This document shows, one piece after another, positions 1 through 9,538 of a stretch of DNA of 57,905 bases. Where the stretch lies: contig CADBEF010000049.1 of the NCBI GenBank assembly GCA_902793555.1, forward strand, positions 1 through 57,905, in the 5' to 3' direction. A program made the translations under genes and the position numbers. How positions within the stretch are numbered: position 1 is the stretch's first letter; every line of letters begins with the position of its first letter. The notes beneath the pieces are model-generated. The model saw nothing but the letters and a program-made list of their open reading frames with translations, was not told the DNA's origin and searched no databases. The DNA is from an uncultured bacterium (GTDB lineage Bacteria; Verrucomicrobiota; Kiritimatiellia; RFP12; UBA3636).

Positions 1-1
1 C

Positions 2-127
2 ATCGCCGGCCCGCTCCTCACGACGCCCGGCGCCGACTTCGACGACGACCGCGCGCTCGCCCAGGCGGCCGGCTACCACGTCACGCCGCAAGCCCGGCGA
101 CCGGGCGCGGCGGCAGAGTCCTGCTGA
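2..127 (+). CDS. 3' end of a CDS running off the left edge (hypothetical)
   Basis: Frame open from the window edge to TGA 125-127 with G/C-rich third positions (..GADFDDDRALAQAAGYHVTPQ..). Too short to assign. Confidence 0.25.
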   Translation: MAGPLLTTPGADFDDDRALAQAAGYHVTPQARRPGAAAESC

Positions 128-191
128 TCGCTCTCGCCGCCTCGGCGCGAGCATCGTGGCGAGCGAGGGGCGCGAAGCGAAGCGACTTGAT

Positions 192-248
192 TTTACTCCT
201 ATTCGCCCGATTCGCCCCTATTCCGGGCCAGGCGGGTTCGGCTATACT
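192..248 (+). promoter_or_regulatory. promoter-like element TTTACT-N45-TATACT for CDS 324..3659
   Basis: TTTACT 192-197, TATACT 243-248. Same layout recurs upstream of nine other genes. Confidence 0.45.
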
Positions 249-323
249 GGACGCCATCCGGTGCGGTTGCCGTCCTGGCGCGGAACCGCCCGGCCCGAAC
301 GCCCTTCCAACGAGGAACCTCCC

Positions 324-3300
324 GTGAACGCCCTCCCGAGCAAATCCGCAACCCGCGCCGTCGCGGCCTGCCTCGCCGCCGCCGCCGTGTCCGCCGCCGC
401 CGCGGACTTCGACTACCGCGTCGAATACGTCAAGTCCACGCACGGCAGCTGCGTGAAGACCGACCTCGTGCCGCAGCCCGGGACGACGTTCCGGATGGAC
501 GTCCGCTTCGACGGCCCGTTCAACCAGATCTTCGGCGGGAAGTTCGACCACGCGAAGAACACGACGGTCTTCTTCGGCCAGGAGGACGCGCAGGACGCGG
601 AGGGCTTCCGCGACCTCTTCCAGCTCGCGCTCGGCGGGCACGAGGCGCAGGCCTACCAGACGTTCGCGAGCCTGGGCCGCAAGAGTCGCGAGAAGTGGAT
701 CCACTGCAGCCTCCAGGAGGTGAACGACTCCGCCATCGGAACCCGCGTGTCGATCGTCTACGACGGCCGTCACGTCACCTGGGGCAGCTTCGACATGAAG
801 CTCGAGGGCGAGCGCACCGCGGCCGGCAAGGTCCCGGTTTCGTTCTTCGGGATGACCTGCGACGACGGGTCGGTGAAGTCCTACGCCTGCTACGACCTCG
901 CGCTCTACGGGGCGGCGTTCTACCGGGACGGAAAGCCGCTCGCGCGCTTCGTCCCGGTCGTGAAGGACGGCGTCGCCGGCCTCTACGAGGCGGTTTCGGG
1001 GAAGTTCTACGCGAGCGCGACGGACGTGCCGCTCGAGGCGGGGCCGCGCTACGAGAAGAAGGAGCCCGCGAACGCCGCCGGGGCCGGCCGAGCGCCGGGC
1101 GGGCCGGCCTCCGACTTTTCGGTCCCGATCTTCGAGGACGACTTCTCCGAGCCCAAGGTCTTCGCCGAGCGCTGGAGCTTCCGCGGGCACGCGCAGAAGG
1201 ACATCGAGGTGAAGGACGGCGCGGTGCGCATCCCGAGCGGCGGCACCGGCGACGGCATCCAGTGGAAGGGAGAGCTCCCGGACGAGTTCGCGGCCGAGGC
1301 CGAGATCGCGGTCTACCCCGCGTGGAGCGAGATCAAGGACCCGAAGGACGGCGACTACCACTGGGCGGTCATGACCGGCGACTACGGAACGTTCGGCGTC
1401 CGCAGCGACGGCTACGGGGTGACCCTCTACCAGCCGGTGGCCGACCAGCCGACGCGCAGCGCCTACCCCTGGATCGCCAACTTCAAGGAGGGCGAGCCGG
1501 TCACGGTCCGCTTCGAGCGCCGCAAGATCGGCGAGACGATGATGGGCTACGCCTTCTTCCTCAACGGCGTCCTGGGCAACTACTACACGGCGCCCACGCC
1601 GAGGAAGACCGTCGGCTTCGACGGCGTCGCGCACTGGGCCCCGCTCGGCATCGAGAACTTCAAGTGCCCCTTCGAGGTGCGCCGCGTCACGATCTACGCG
1701 CTCAAGGGCGAGGATAGCCCGAACCTGATCTCGAACTCCGGCTTCGAGTTCGACGGCGACGGCGTGCCGCTGCACTACTGCAACCGCAATTCCTGCGAGA
1801 TGTCGAAGGTCTCGATCGAGGACTACAAAGAGAAGTACCTCAAGTGCTTCATGGTCGACACGGCCGAGAGGCACTCCGGGAAGCAGTCGCTCCGGCTGCG
1901 CATCGGGCCGTTCGTCCGCAGCTTCGACTTCTTCGCCTGGAACACGCCCACGCAGAAGGGCCGCAGCGCGGTCCTCTCCTTCTGGGCGAAGGCGTCCGAG
2001 CCCGGCGTCCAGTTCAAGGCGAAGCTCTCCGACAACGCCCGGATCGTGGACCTCACGACCGAATGGACGCGCTACGAGGTCACGACGACCAACCTGCCCG
2101 CGCCCGGCATCTTCAGCCCCGTCTGGTTCGACGTCCCCGGTCTTCGCGACCGCACGACCGAGGCCTCGATCTGGCTCGACGACCTGCAGCTCGAGATGGT
2201 CGACCCGCCGGCCGGCGGCTTCGACCCCGCGAAGACCTACGCGACGCCGTACAAGCCGAAGTCCGGCGACGCGGAGAACTTCGCGCTCGGAAAGCCCACG
2301 CCCCACGCCAAACCCGAGCGCACGGCGCCGCTCACGCCCGCCGAGAACGCGCTCTGCGGCTATCCGCTCCCGCCCGAGGGGCTCCTCCTCGGCCACTACG
2401 ACTTCTACATGAACGAGAAGACCGCCGACTTCCGCGCGTGGGACGGCAAGGGCGGCTTCGAGCAGGTCTCGATCGACATCTCCGGGATGCCCTGCGGCAC
2501 CAACGCGGTGACGGTCCGCGCGCTCGGCCGCGAGTGGAAGGCCGAGGTCCGCAAGCTGCCCTTCAAGAAGGGCGCGACGCAGATCAACCAGTGGTCCCGC
2601 ACGCTCGTCCACGACGGCGAGAAGGTGTTCATGAGCTCGCCGTGCCTCATCGGCCGCGAGAACGGGCCGATGGACGACGGCACCTCGCGTCCGGTCGACA
2701 TCCTCGCCGACGCCGGGTTCAAGTACCTGAACCTGCAGAACAACCTCAACGTCCGCGACATCGAGATGAACCGCAAGACGCTCGCGTACGCGGCACAGAA
2801 AGGCATGAAGTTCACGATCTGGACCGGCGAGGGCCAGACCCTCGACGACGTGGGCGAGATCCGGCGGTGGGAGGACAACTCCGTGACCGACTGGTCGCGC
2901 CAGAAGATGTACGGCATGCTCGACAGCCCGAACGTGATCAACTGGCTCGTCCTCGACGAGCCCGAGTACCGCAACGCCGACGACTGCAAGGCGTTCATGA
3001 AGCGGACGAAGGCCCTCTTCCCCTACAACCCCGTGCAGATGAACAACTGCTGGCTCGGCATCTCCGGGCGCTTCGCGGGGCTCCCGACCGACATCCTGAT
3101 GGTCGACTACTACCTGACCGTCGACGGCACCACGCTCGACATGGTCGTCTCGAAGGTCGACGTCCTGCGCTCCATCGCGCCCGGCAAGCCCTGCTGGTAC
3201 TTCATGGAGAGCGAGAACTCGCTCCATCCGCGGATCCCGACCTACAAGGAGCAGGTCGCGCAGTGCTGGGGCTCCGTCGCCGCCGGCGCGACGGGCCTCT

Positions 3301-3659
3301 CCTGGTTCGTCAACATGCCGACCTCGCGCTGCTGCTACGACGCGCTCGTCGACATCAACCGCGAGCTGCTGGACAACGTCGACTTCCTCTGCTCCGACGA
3401 GCTCTGCGGCGGCGCCATCGCGAGCGAGACCGAGAACTACGTCCGCTGCCTCACGCGCCGGCACGGGAGCGAGCGCCGCATCTACACGGCCAACGTCAAC
3501 CCGCACCCGAACGCCCGGGTCTCGTTCCGCCTCCCCGACGACGTCCCGCAGGACGCCACGGTCGAGGTCCTCTACGAGAACCGCACCCTCCAGGCGAAGG
3601 GCGGCGTCTTCTCCGACGCCTTCGACGGTTTCTCCCGGCACGTCTACCGGATCCAGTAG
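324..3659 (+). CDS. secreted multidomain glycoside-hydrolase-like protein (LamG/concanavalin-like + CBM4/9-like + TIM-barrel-like C-terminal half)
   Basis: Frame of ORF 156..3659. Start moved to GTG 324 because the promoter-like element lies inside the upstream part of the ORF. GTG follows AACGAGGAA and opens a signal-peptide-like ALPSKSATRAVAACLAAAAVSAAAA. Segments FEDDFSEPKVFAERW.. (LamG/DUF1080-like) and NLISNSGFEFDGDG..WLDDLQLE (CBM4/9-like). Catalytic family not assignable by eye. Confidence 0.8.
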   Translation: MNALPSKSATRAVAACLAAAAVSAAAADFDYRVEYVKSTHGSCVKTDLVPQPGTTFRMDVRFDGPFNQIFGGKFDHAKNTTVFFGQEDAQDAEGFRDLFQLALGGHEAQAYQTFASLGRKSREKWIHCSLQEVNDSAIGTRVSIVYDGRHVTWGSFDMKLEGERTAAGKVPVSFFGMTCDDGSVKSYACYDLALYGAAFYRDGKPLARFVPVVKDGVAGLYEAVSGKFYASATDVPLEAGPRYEKKEPANAAGAGRAPGGPASDFSVPIFEDDFSEPKVFAERWSFRGHAQKDIEVKDGAVRIPSGGTGDGIQWKGELPDEFAAEAEIAVYPAWSEIKDPKDGDYHWAVMTGDYGTFGVRSDGYGVTLYQPVADQPTRSAYPWIANFKEGEPVTVRFERRKIGETMMGYAFFLNGVLGNYYTAPTPRKTVGFDGVAHWAPLGIENFKCPFEVRRVTIYALKGEDSPNLISNSGFEFDGDGVPLHYCNRNSCEMSKVSIEDYKEKYLKCFMVDTAERHSGKQSLRLRIGPFVRSFDFFAWNTPTQKGRSAVLSFWAKASEPGVQFKAKLSDNARIVDLTTEWTRYEVTTTNLPAPGIFSPVWFDVPGLRDRTTEASIWLDDLQLEMVDPPAGGFDPAKTYATPYKPKSGDAENFALGKPTPHAKPERTAPLTPAENALCGYPLPPEGLLLGHYDFYMNEKTADFRAWDGKGGFEQVSIDISGMPCGTNAVTVRALGREWKAEVRKLPFKKGATQINQWSRTLVHDGEKVFMSSPCLIGRENGPMDDGTSRPVDILADAGFKYLNLQNNLNVRDIEMNRKTLAYAAQKGMKFTIWTGEGQTLDDVGEIRRWEDNSVTDWSRQKMYGMLDSPNVINWLVLDEPEYRNADDCKAFMKRTKALFPYNPVQMNNCWLGISGRFAGLPTDILMVDYYLTVDGTTLDMVVSKVDVLRSIAPGKPCWYFMESENSLHPRIPTYKEQVAQCWGSVAAGATGLSWFVNMPTSRCCYDALVDINRELLDNVDFLCSDELCGGAIASETENYVRCLTRRHGSERRIYTANVNPHPNARVSFRLPDDVPQDATVEVLYENRTLQAKGGVFSDAFDGFSRHVYRIQ

Positions 3660-3706
3660 CCGCCCCTTGCGGCGGCGCGCCACCGCGAGCAGGCGCGGCG
3701 TCCGTC

Positions 3707-3736
3707 CGTGTGGCGGGGTGTGGACCCCGCCACGCG
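3707..3736. terminator. palindrome family 1 hairpin GTGGCGGGG-N6-CCCCGCCAC after CDS 324..3659
   Basis: Arms 3710-3718 / 3725-3733, loop TGTGGA, 48 nt after the stop. No U-tract directly after, so terminator function is inferred. Confidence 0.45.
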
Positions 3737-3750
3737 GACGGGTTGGGTTC

Positions 3751-3807
3751 TTTACCTGTTTTTGCCCGATTTGAACCTACTCGCACGCTGGGGCGCGGGG
3801 GTATGAT
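3751..3807 (+). promoter_or_regulatory. promoter-like element TTTACC-N45-TATGAT for CDS 3895..4545
   Basis: TTTACC 3751-3756, TATGAT 3802-3807. AAGGAG Shine-Dalgarno 7 nt before ATG 3895. Confidence 0.5.
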
Positions 3808-3894
3808 ACGGGGCGTCGGCACCGCCACGGCCTTCGTCGGAGGCGCCCGGAAGAACCGGCCGACGACAACCCCGTCCCGGACAAGGAGACGCCC

Positions 3895-4545
3895 ATGAAC
3901 CGCATTGCCAGGAAAACCGCCGCACTCGCTTTCGCGGCCGCCGCCGCGCTCTTCGCCGCCCCCGCCGGGGCGGCGACGGACGTCACATGGACCGCCACGC
4001 CGCTGACCGCGAGCAGCACGTCGATCCGCACGGACGGAACGCTCAAGTACGCCTACGCCCGTGGAAACTACACGGCCAACGGCGTCGCGTTCACCGGTGT
4101 CGGCGACAAAATCGTCAATACGGCGGACTGCGTCGTCTGGGAAGCCTCAGGCGGGGCTGGAACCTCCGGTGCGACCGCTCCCGACGATACGGACGCTGGT
4201 GGCTATAAGGATTTGCTGGAGCATCCTTGGTGGGCGAGTGCCAAGGGCCGGAAGGTCCAGCTCAAGAACCTTGAGGCCGGGAAGACATATCTTCTCCAGA
4301 TCGTTGCGTTCCGCCAGGATTATACCACGCAGACCGCGACGGCTCCGGACGGAGTGGCCATCATCCATTACGGCGGAACGGACTGGGAATACGGCGGTTC
4401 GCTGATCTGCCAGTTCACCGCCGAAGCCACGACGGAGGAGTTCACGATCTCGTACAGCGGCCAGGCTTTGATCAACGCCATCCAGGTGCGCGAGCTTCCG
4501 CCGGACGAACCGGCGGAGAAGCCAGCGGTCATTACCGTCAAGTAA
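3895..4545 (+). CDS. secreted single-module protein (stand-alone copy of the ~180-aa CBM-like module)
   Basis: Signal peptide MNRIARKTAALAFAAAAALFAAPAGA. The body aligns by eye with module 3 of the 30282 giant (SIRTDGTL.YAYAR.NY..NGV.F.., LKNLE.GK.YL.QI.A.R.DYTTQTATAPDG.., WEYGGSL.., INAIQVREL). Confidence 0.85.
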   Translation: MNRIARKTAALAFAAAAALFAAPAGAATDVTWTATPLTASSTSIRTDGTLKYAYARGNYTANGVAFTGVGDKIVNTADCVVWEASGGAGTSGATAPDDTDAGGYKDLLEHPWWASAKGRKVQLKNLEAGKTYLLQIVAFRQDYTTQTATAPDGVAIIHYGGTDWEYGGSLICQFTAEATTEEFTISYSGQALINAIQVRELPPDEPAEKPAVITVK

Positions 4546-4558
4546 AGGCCTTACTTCA

Positions 4559-4840
4559 ATGCCCGATCCCGTCGCATCCGAGGTCCGTGCGCTTCCGTAC
4601 GGAGCGGAGGAAGGCGGCGAGTTCCGCTATCCGTGGGAGCATCCGCGGCTGGTCGAGGTCCAGCTGGTGGACGACACGGACCGGCACGACGACCTGTATT
4701 TCGAGAAGGAGCGCCTTCTCTCCCGCTGCGAGAGGCCGTTCGACGCGACCGGGCCGGCGCTCTTCCTCGAGGATTCGCTCGGCGGGGAGGGCGTCGCCTT
4801 CTTCCGCGAGCTGGACGCGCGGCAGATATTTCAACAATAG
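4559..4840 (+). CDS. hypothetical 93-aa ORF, possibly the 5' fragment of a gene truncated at an AT-rich junction
   Basis: Strong G/C third-position bias in this frame. The ORF stops exactly where the sequence turns AT-rich (..CAACAATAGAAAAATAATTATTG). No domain recognised. Confidence 0.35.
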   Translation: MPDPVASEVRALPYGAEEGGEFRYPWEHPRLVEVQLVDDTDRHDDLYFEKERLLSRCERPFDATGPALFLEDSLGGEGVAFFRELDARQIFQQ

Positions 4841-4851
4841 AAAAATAATTA

Positions 4852-4880
4852 TTGCGTTTGTAGTAAAATAATGATAGTCT
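4852..4880 (+). promoter_or_regulatory. sigma70-like promoter TTGCGT-N17-TAGTCT for the ATPase gene
   Basis: Hexamers at 4852-4857 and 4875-4880 in an AT-rich island. This placement would exclude ATG 4871 as the start. Confidence 0.35.
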
Positions 4881-4912
4881 CCGTTGCGTCGAAAGGGAAA
4901 GGAACGCCTGCC

Positions 4913-6118
4913 ATGCTGGAATCCGAGCTTCGGGAGATCATCCGGAAACAACACGAGGAGATGTCGCGGAAGAAGACGCTTCCGCGCGACGCGCTCGCGT
5001 CCCTTCGCACGGTTGCGCAGTTCGCGACGATCGCGACGGGCATCCGGCGGTGCGGAAAGAGCACGCTCCTGCACCAGTGGGCGGAGGCGCAGCGGAGGCC
5101 GACGCTCTCGCTCCTGTTCGACGACCTTCGGATGGCGTCGTTCTCGGCCGGCGACTTCGCGACGCTGGACCGGATCGTCGAGGCGGAGAAGCCGGCGAAC
5201 CTCGTGTTCGACGAGATCCAGCTCGTCGACGGATGGGAGCGCTACGTGAAGCAGAAGCTCGACGAGGGTTTCCGCGTCCTCGTCACGGGCTCCAACGCGA
5301 CCATGCTCAGCGCGGAGCTCGGGACGCACCTCACGGGCCGGCATCTCGACCTCGAGCTCCAGCCGTTCTCCTATGGCGAGTTCCTGCGGTTTACCGGCGC
5401 CAAGGCGTCGCCGAAGAGCGTGCTCGCGTATCTGGAGCGGGGCGGGTTCCCGGCCTACCTCGAGGCGGGCGAGCCGGAAATCCTCCGCCAGCTCGTTCGC
5501 GACATCGTGAACCGCGACGTCGCCGTGCGCCACGGCATCAAGGATGTCCGCCCCCTCGAGACGCTCGTCGCGTTCCTGCTCGCGAACGCGGGGAACCGCG
5601 TCACTCCGAGCCGGCTCACGGGCGCGCTCGGCGTGAACGCCCCGGCGACGGTCCTGGCGTGGTTCGACCATTTCGAGAAGGCGTATCTGGTCGAGCGCCT
5701 GGAGCGGTTCTCGGACTCCGCCAAGGCCCGCTCCCTCGCGCCCAAGAAGGTCTACGCGGCCGACACGGCCCTTGCGCGGATCGCGTCGCCTTCGCGCACG
5801 CCGGACCTCGGGCACGCGCTCGAGAACGCCGTCTGGGCGCGGATCCGCCGCCGGAGCGCGCAACGCTTCTACTGGGCGGACGACGCCTCCGAGTGCGACT
5901 TCGTCTTCGCCGATGCCTCCGGCGCGTTCTCCGCGGTGCAGGTCTGCTACGAGCTTGCGCCCGAGAACCGCGAGCGCGAACTGGCCGGGCTTCTCGGCGC
6001 CCTGCGGCAGTTCGGTCTGCGCGAAGGGACGATCGTCACGTTGCGGCAGAGCGACTTCGCCCGCGAGGACGGCCGAGCCATCCGCGTCGTCCCGGCCCAC
6101 GAATGGCTCGTGGACTAG
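4913..6118 (+). CDS. AAA+ ATPase of the AAA_14/DUF4143 (COG1373-like) family
   Basis: Walker A TGIRRCGKSTLL, Walker B-like LVFDEIQ, C-terminal ECDFVF nuclease-like motif. Paralogous to 49661..50896. ATG 4913 follows GAAAGGGAAAGGA. Alternative start ATG 4871. Confidence 0.85.
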   Translation: MLESELREIIRKQHEEMSRKKTLPRDALASLRTVAQFATIATGIRRCGKSTLLHQWAEAQRRPTLSLLFDDLRMASFSAGDFATLDRIVEAEKPANLVFDEIQLVDGWERYVKQKLDEGFRVLVTGSNATMLSAELGTHLTGRHLDLELQPFSYGEFLRFTGAKASPKSVLAYLERGGFPAYLEAGEPEILRQLVRDIVNRDVAVRHGIKDVRPLETLVAFLLANAGNRVTPSRLTGALGVNAPATVLAWFDHFEKAYLVERLERFSDSAKARSLAPKKVYAADTALARIASPSRTPDLGHALENAVWARIRRRSAQRFYWADDASECDFVFADASGAFSAVQVCYELAPENRERELAGLLGALRQFGLREGTIVTLRQSDFAREDGRAIRVVPAHEWLVD

Positions 6119-6210
6119 CGGGCCTCGCCAGGACCTTCGCACGGCGGAACGCAAAGGGCGCAAGGAAAATGGCGGACCTCAATGAAGGCGGGGCGAAGGC
6201 GCTGCGCGGT

Positions 6211-6266
6211 TTTACTTGAATCTGCGTGATTCGTCCCTTTTTCCGCCGTCCGGAATCCTCTATCCT
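6211..6266 (+). promoter_or_regulatory. promoter-like element TTTACT-N44-TATCCT for 6356..9488
   Basis: TTTACT 6211-6216, TATCCT 6261-6266. Confidence 0.4.
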
Positions 6267-6355
6267 CTCTCCCTGTGGTGCGCGGACGCGAAGCAACCGT
6301 CCCGCGGGTCCGTCCGTGCGGTGCGACAACGGCGGCGAGAGAGAGAAGTCAAGTC

Positions 6356-9300
6356 ATGATCGTTCACAGGATGGCGGTGGCGGCGGTCTGCGCGGCGGCG
6401 GCGGCGGCGATGGGCGCCGGGCCGGCGTGGGAAGGCCGGCTGGACGCCCCCGAATGGCCCGACGTGACGCCGCACTTCTACGATGCCGCGAACGACCCGG
6501 CGTGCGGCGTCCGGGGCCCGTACTTCGGGGGCCGCTTCATCTCCGCGGCCGCCGACGCCGAAGGGCGCGCCGTTGGCGCCGACCCCGCGCCGAAGTACCG
6601 GCTGCGCCGCCGCTTCGAGCTGAAGGCGGCGCCCGCGGACGCCTGGCTCCAGGGCGTCGGCGACACGATGGCCACGTTCAGCCTCAACGGGCGCGTCGCC
6701 ATGCGCTCCGCCTACGATCGCAGCGCGGCGGACGGCGTGCCGGCGTCCGCGAACGTCCGCTCCCTGCTCCGCGAAGGGGAGAACGTGCTGGACGTGGAGT
6801 ACGCGATCAACGCCCGGATGGAGTACGGCGTGAGCAGGCCCTACCCCGGCGGCGTGCTGGCGGAGCTCTTCGTCGCCTACGCCGACGGAACGACGGAGCG
6901 CATCGACACCGACGACTCGTTCGAGTCGTCCGTGGACGGAAGGACCTGGACGGGGGTCGTCTGCTCCGACCCGCCGCCGGCGCCGCCGCGCTGCACGCGC
7001 CTCGCCTACCGCGACTTCGCCCGCCCGCAGCGCTTCCTCGGCGGCGGGCCCGAGACGCCGCGCGTCCGGGCGGGCGAGACGGCGGCGCTCCGCTACGAGT
7101 TCGAGGGGGCGCCGCCGGAAGGCGACTTCGAGGCCGACCTCGCGCTGCGCCGCAACGACGCCACGTGGTGGGACGAGACGCTGTCGCTGGGGAGCTCGAA
7201 CGTCGTCCGCCTCGCGGACGGCCGCTGGCGGCTGGAGATTCCGTTTGAGACGCCCCTCTACTGCCATTCGGGCGAATACGAGATCCGGCTTTCGTCCTCC
7301 GCCGTCTGCTGCGACGGGGGGGGATGGCCCGGAGGGCGCCTGCGGATCTCCGCGCGCAAGGCGTCCGACATCCCCGGCTTCGACCATCCGGTCCGGGCCG
7401 AGGTGAAGCCGGTGTCGGGCGTGCCCACGGTCCATCTGGACGGCACGCCGTTCCCGCTCCTGTGGGGCGGCGTCCAGTACCTGCGGCGCCCGGACCGCCT
7501 GCCGCGCCACAGCGACATGCCGCTCACCGCGGTCACGGTCTACAACAATTGCGTGGACTGGCATCCGCGGCTCGGTACGTACGACTTCTCTTCGTTCGAC
7601 CGCATCGCCGAGAAATACCGCCGGGCGAATCCCGACGCCTGGTTCGTCTGGGACCTGTCGGTCTACCCGCCGGCGGACTTCGCGCAGCGGCACCCGGAGG
7701 AGATGGCCGCCGACGAAACCGGGGACATCGTCCCGGCCAGCCGCTTCAGCTGGAGCTACGCATCCCGACTCGGGCTCGACGAGATCAAGGAGATGACGGA
7801 GCGCGCAATCCGCCGTCTGGAAGCGTCCCCCTACGCCAACCGGATCATCGGCTACCGCGTGAACTCGGGCGTCACGGTGGAATGGCTGGGATGGGACGCG
7901 AAGCCCGGCCACGTTCGCGACTTCTCGGACGTCAACAAACGGGCCTTCGCGGCGTTCGCCGCCGAACGGTATCCCGGGCTCGCGGACCCGCACGTCCCCG
8001 ACATCGCCGAGCGGCAGGCGCTCGATTCGCCCCTGGACGTCCTCTGGGACGGGGAGCGGCATCGGAACGCGATCGCCTACATGGACTACAACTCGTGGAT
8101 CATCGCGAAGGACGCGCTGGAGGCGTGCGGGCACGCGAAGGACGTGCTGCGGTCGCTCGGGCGCACCAAGCTCGTGGGGACCTACTACGGCTACACGTTC
8201 TACCTGAACGCGAACGGGTTCGACCAGTGGCGCGGTCACTTCGCCCTCAAGACGCTGCTGGACGGGAACGACGGGCGGATCGACTTCCTGCTTTCGCCCC
8301 AGAGCTACGGCGAGCGCCGGATCGGCGACGCCTGCGGCGACATGAAGCCGTCCGCCACGCTGAACGCCGCCGGCATCCTGACCGTCAACGAGGACGACAC
8401 GCGCACGCACAACCGGATCCGGCCGAACTTCTACGGCTTCAAGCAGACCCTGACCCCCGAGCAGACCGCCGCGGTGCTGCTGCGCGACGCGTCCGCCACG
8501 ATGTGCCGCGGCGGCTGGCCGTACTTCTACGCGCTCGCGACGGGCGTCGACTGCGATTCCCCCGAATGCGCGAAGGTCGGCCGCGACGTGCTCGACGCGA
8601 TGCGCTTCTGCCTCGGGCGCCGGGTCGGCCGCCACGCCGAGGTGGCGCTCGTCGCGAGCGAGCGCGTTTGCCCGAACGGGCCGCTGGACGCAGGACTACG
8701 CGCCCGACGGCACCGTGAAGCGCGCCGAGGAGAAGATCGCGGTCTACAACGGCGAGATCTTCGGAGCCCTGCACACGAAGTTCGCGCGCTCCGGAATTCC
8801 CGTCGATTTCCTGCTGGCGGAAGACCTCGGCAACCATGCCGGCGACTACAAGCTGTACGTCTTTCTGAACCAGCTCACCTTCGACGACGCCATCCTCGCG
8901 GCGGTGGAGCGGATTCGCGCGCGCGGCGCGACGATCCTCTGGCTCTACGCGCCCGGCTGGAGCCGGGGCAATTCGCTCGCGGACATGAAGGCCCTCACGG
9001 GCATCGAGTTCGAGCGCCTCGCGGAGCCGACCGTGGCCGGCGTGAAGATGGCGTGCGACGGCCGCTGGATGGGCATGCCGGACGCGCAGGTCGCGCAGGC
9101 GTTCGCACCGGTCGCGGCCGACGAGGTGCTGGGCGTCTACGCGAACGGCAAGCCGGGGCTGACGGTCTCGACGGTCGACGGCTCGCCGTCGTACTTCTCG
9201 GGCGCGTGGCAGCTCGACATCCCCTTCATCCGGTCGCTCGCCGCGAAGGCCGGCGTGCACGTCTGGTGCGACTCGGACGATCCGATCGAGGCGAACGACG

Positions 9301-9488
9301 CGCTGTTCACGCTGCATGCGCGCACGGCGGGTGCGAAGACCGTCCGCCTGCCGCGCAAGACGACCGTCGTCGACCTGGTCGGCCGCCGCGTCGTCGCCCG
9401 CGACACGGACGTGTTCTCGTTCGACGCCGACCTCCACTCGACGCATCTGTTCTACTACGGCGACGACGCGGAGGAGTTCCTCCGGTAG
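6356..9488 (+). pseudogene. secreted GH42-like glycoside hydrolase (TIM barrel + trimerisation-like domain), frameshifted near 8663-8667
   Basis: Sensible sequence runs from ATG 6356 to ..RHAEVALVASER. It continues in another frame as AFARTGRWTQDYAPDGTVKRAEEKIAVYNGEIFGAL..IPVDFLLAEDL..YKLYVFLNQL..GATILWLYAPGW, the pattern of a GH42 trimerisation domain. The shift sits in a GCGCG run. The tail of ORF 6275..9595 after about 8690 is Arg-rich nonsense. Confidence 0.7.
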
Positions 9489-9506
9489 CATCCCGATTCT
9501 CCGAGA

Positions 9507-9538
9507 ATGCCGCCGCGCGACTGCGTCGCGGGCGGCAT
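9507..9538. terminator. palindrome family 2 hairpin between convergent genes
   Basis: ATGCCGCCGCGCGAC-TGC-GTCGCGGGCGGCAT. Lies between the stop of 6356..9488 and the stop of hipA. A near-identical copy is at 13121-13148. Confidence 0.55.

Noticed and set aside
81-3683. 1200-aa ORF on the - strand, antisense to the first hydrolase gene. Similar giant antisense or alternative-frame ORFs: 6260..8635 -, 15529..18669 -, 26136..32180 -, 32709..35396 -, 35415..37274 -, 52797..55139 -, 15471..18911 +, 18947..20692 +, 50978..54463 +.
   Set aside because: These are typical shadow ORFs of a high-GC genome. They are Arg/Gly/Asp/Val-rich low-complexity translations without motifs, and each fully overlaps a + strand ORF with recognisable domains, signal peptides and upstream promoter/SD signals. 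26136..32180 even reads straight through an intergenic promoter region.
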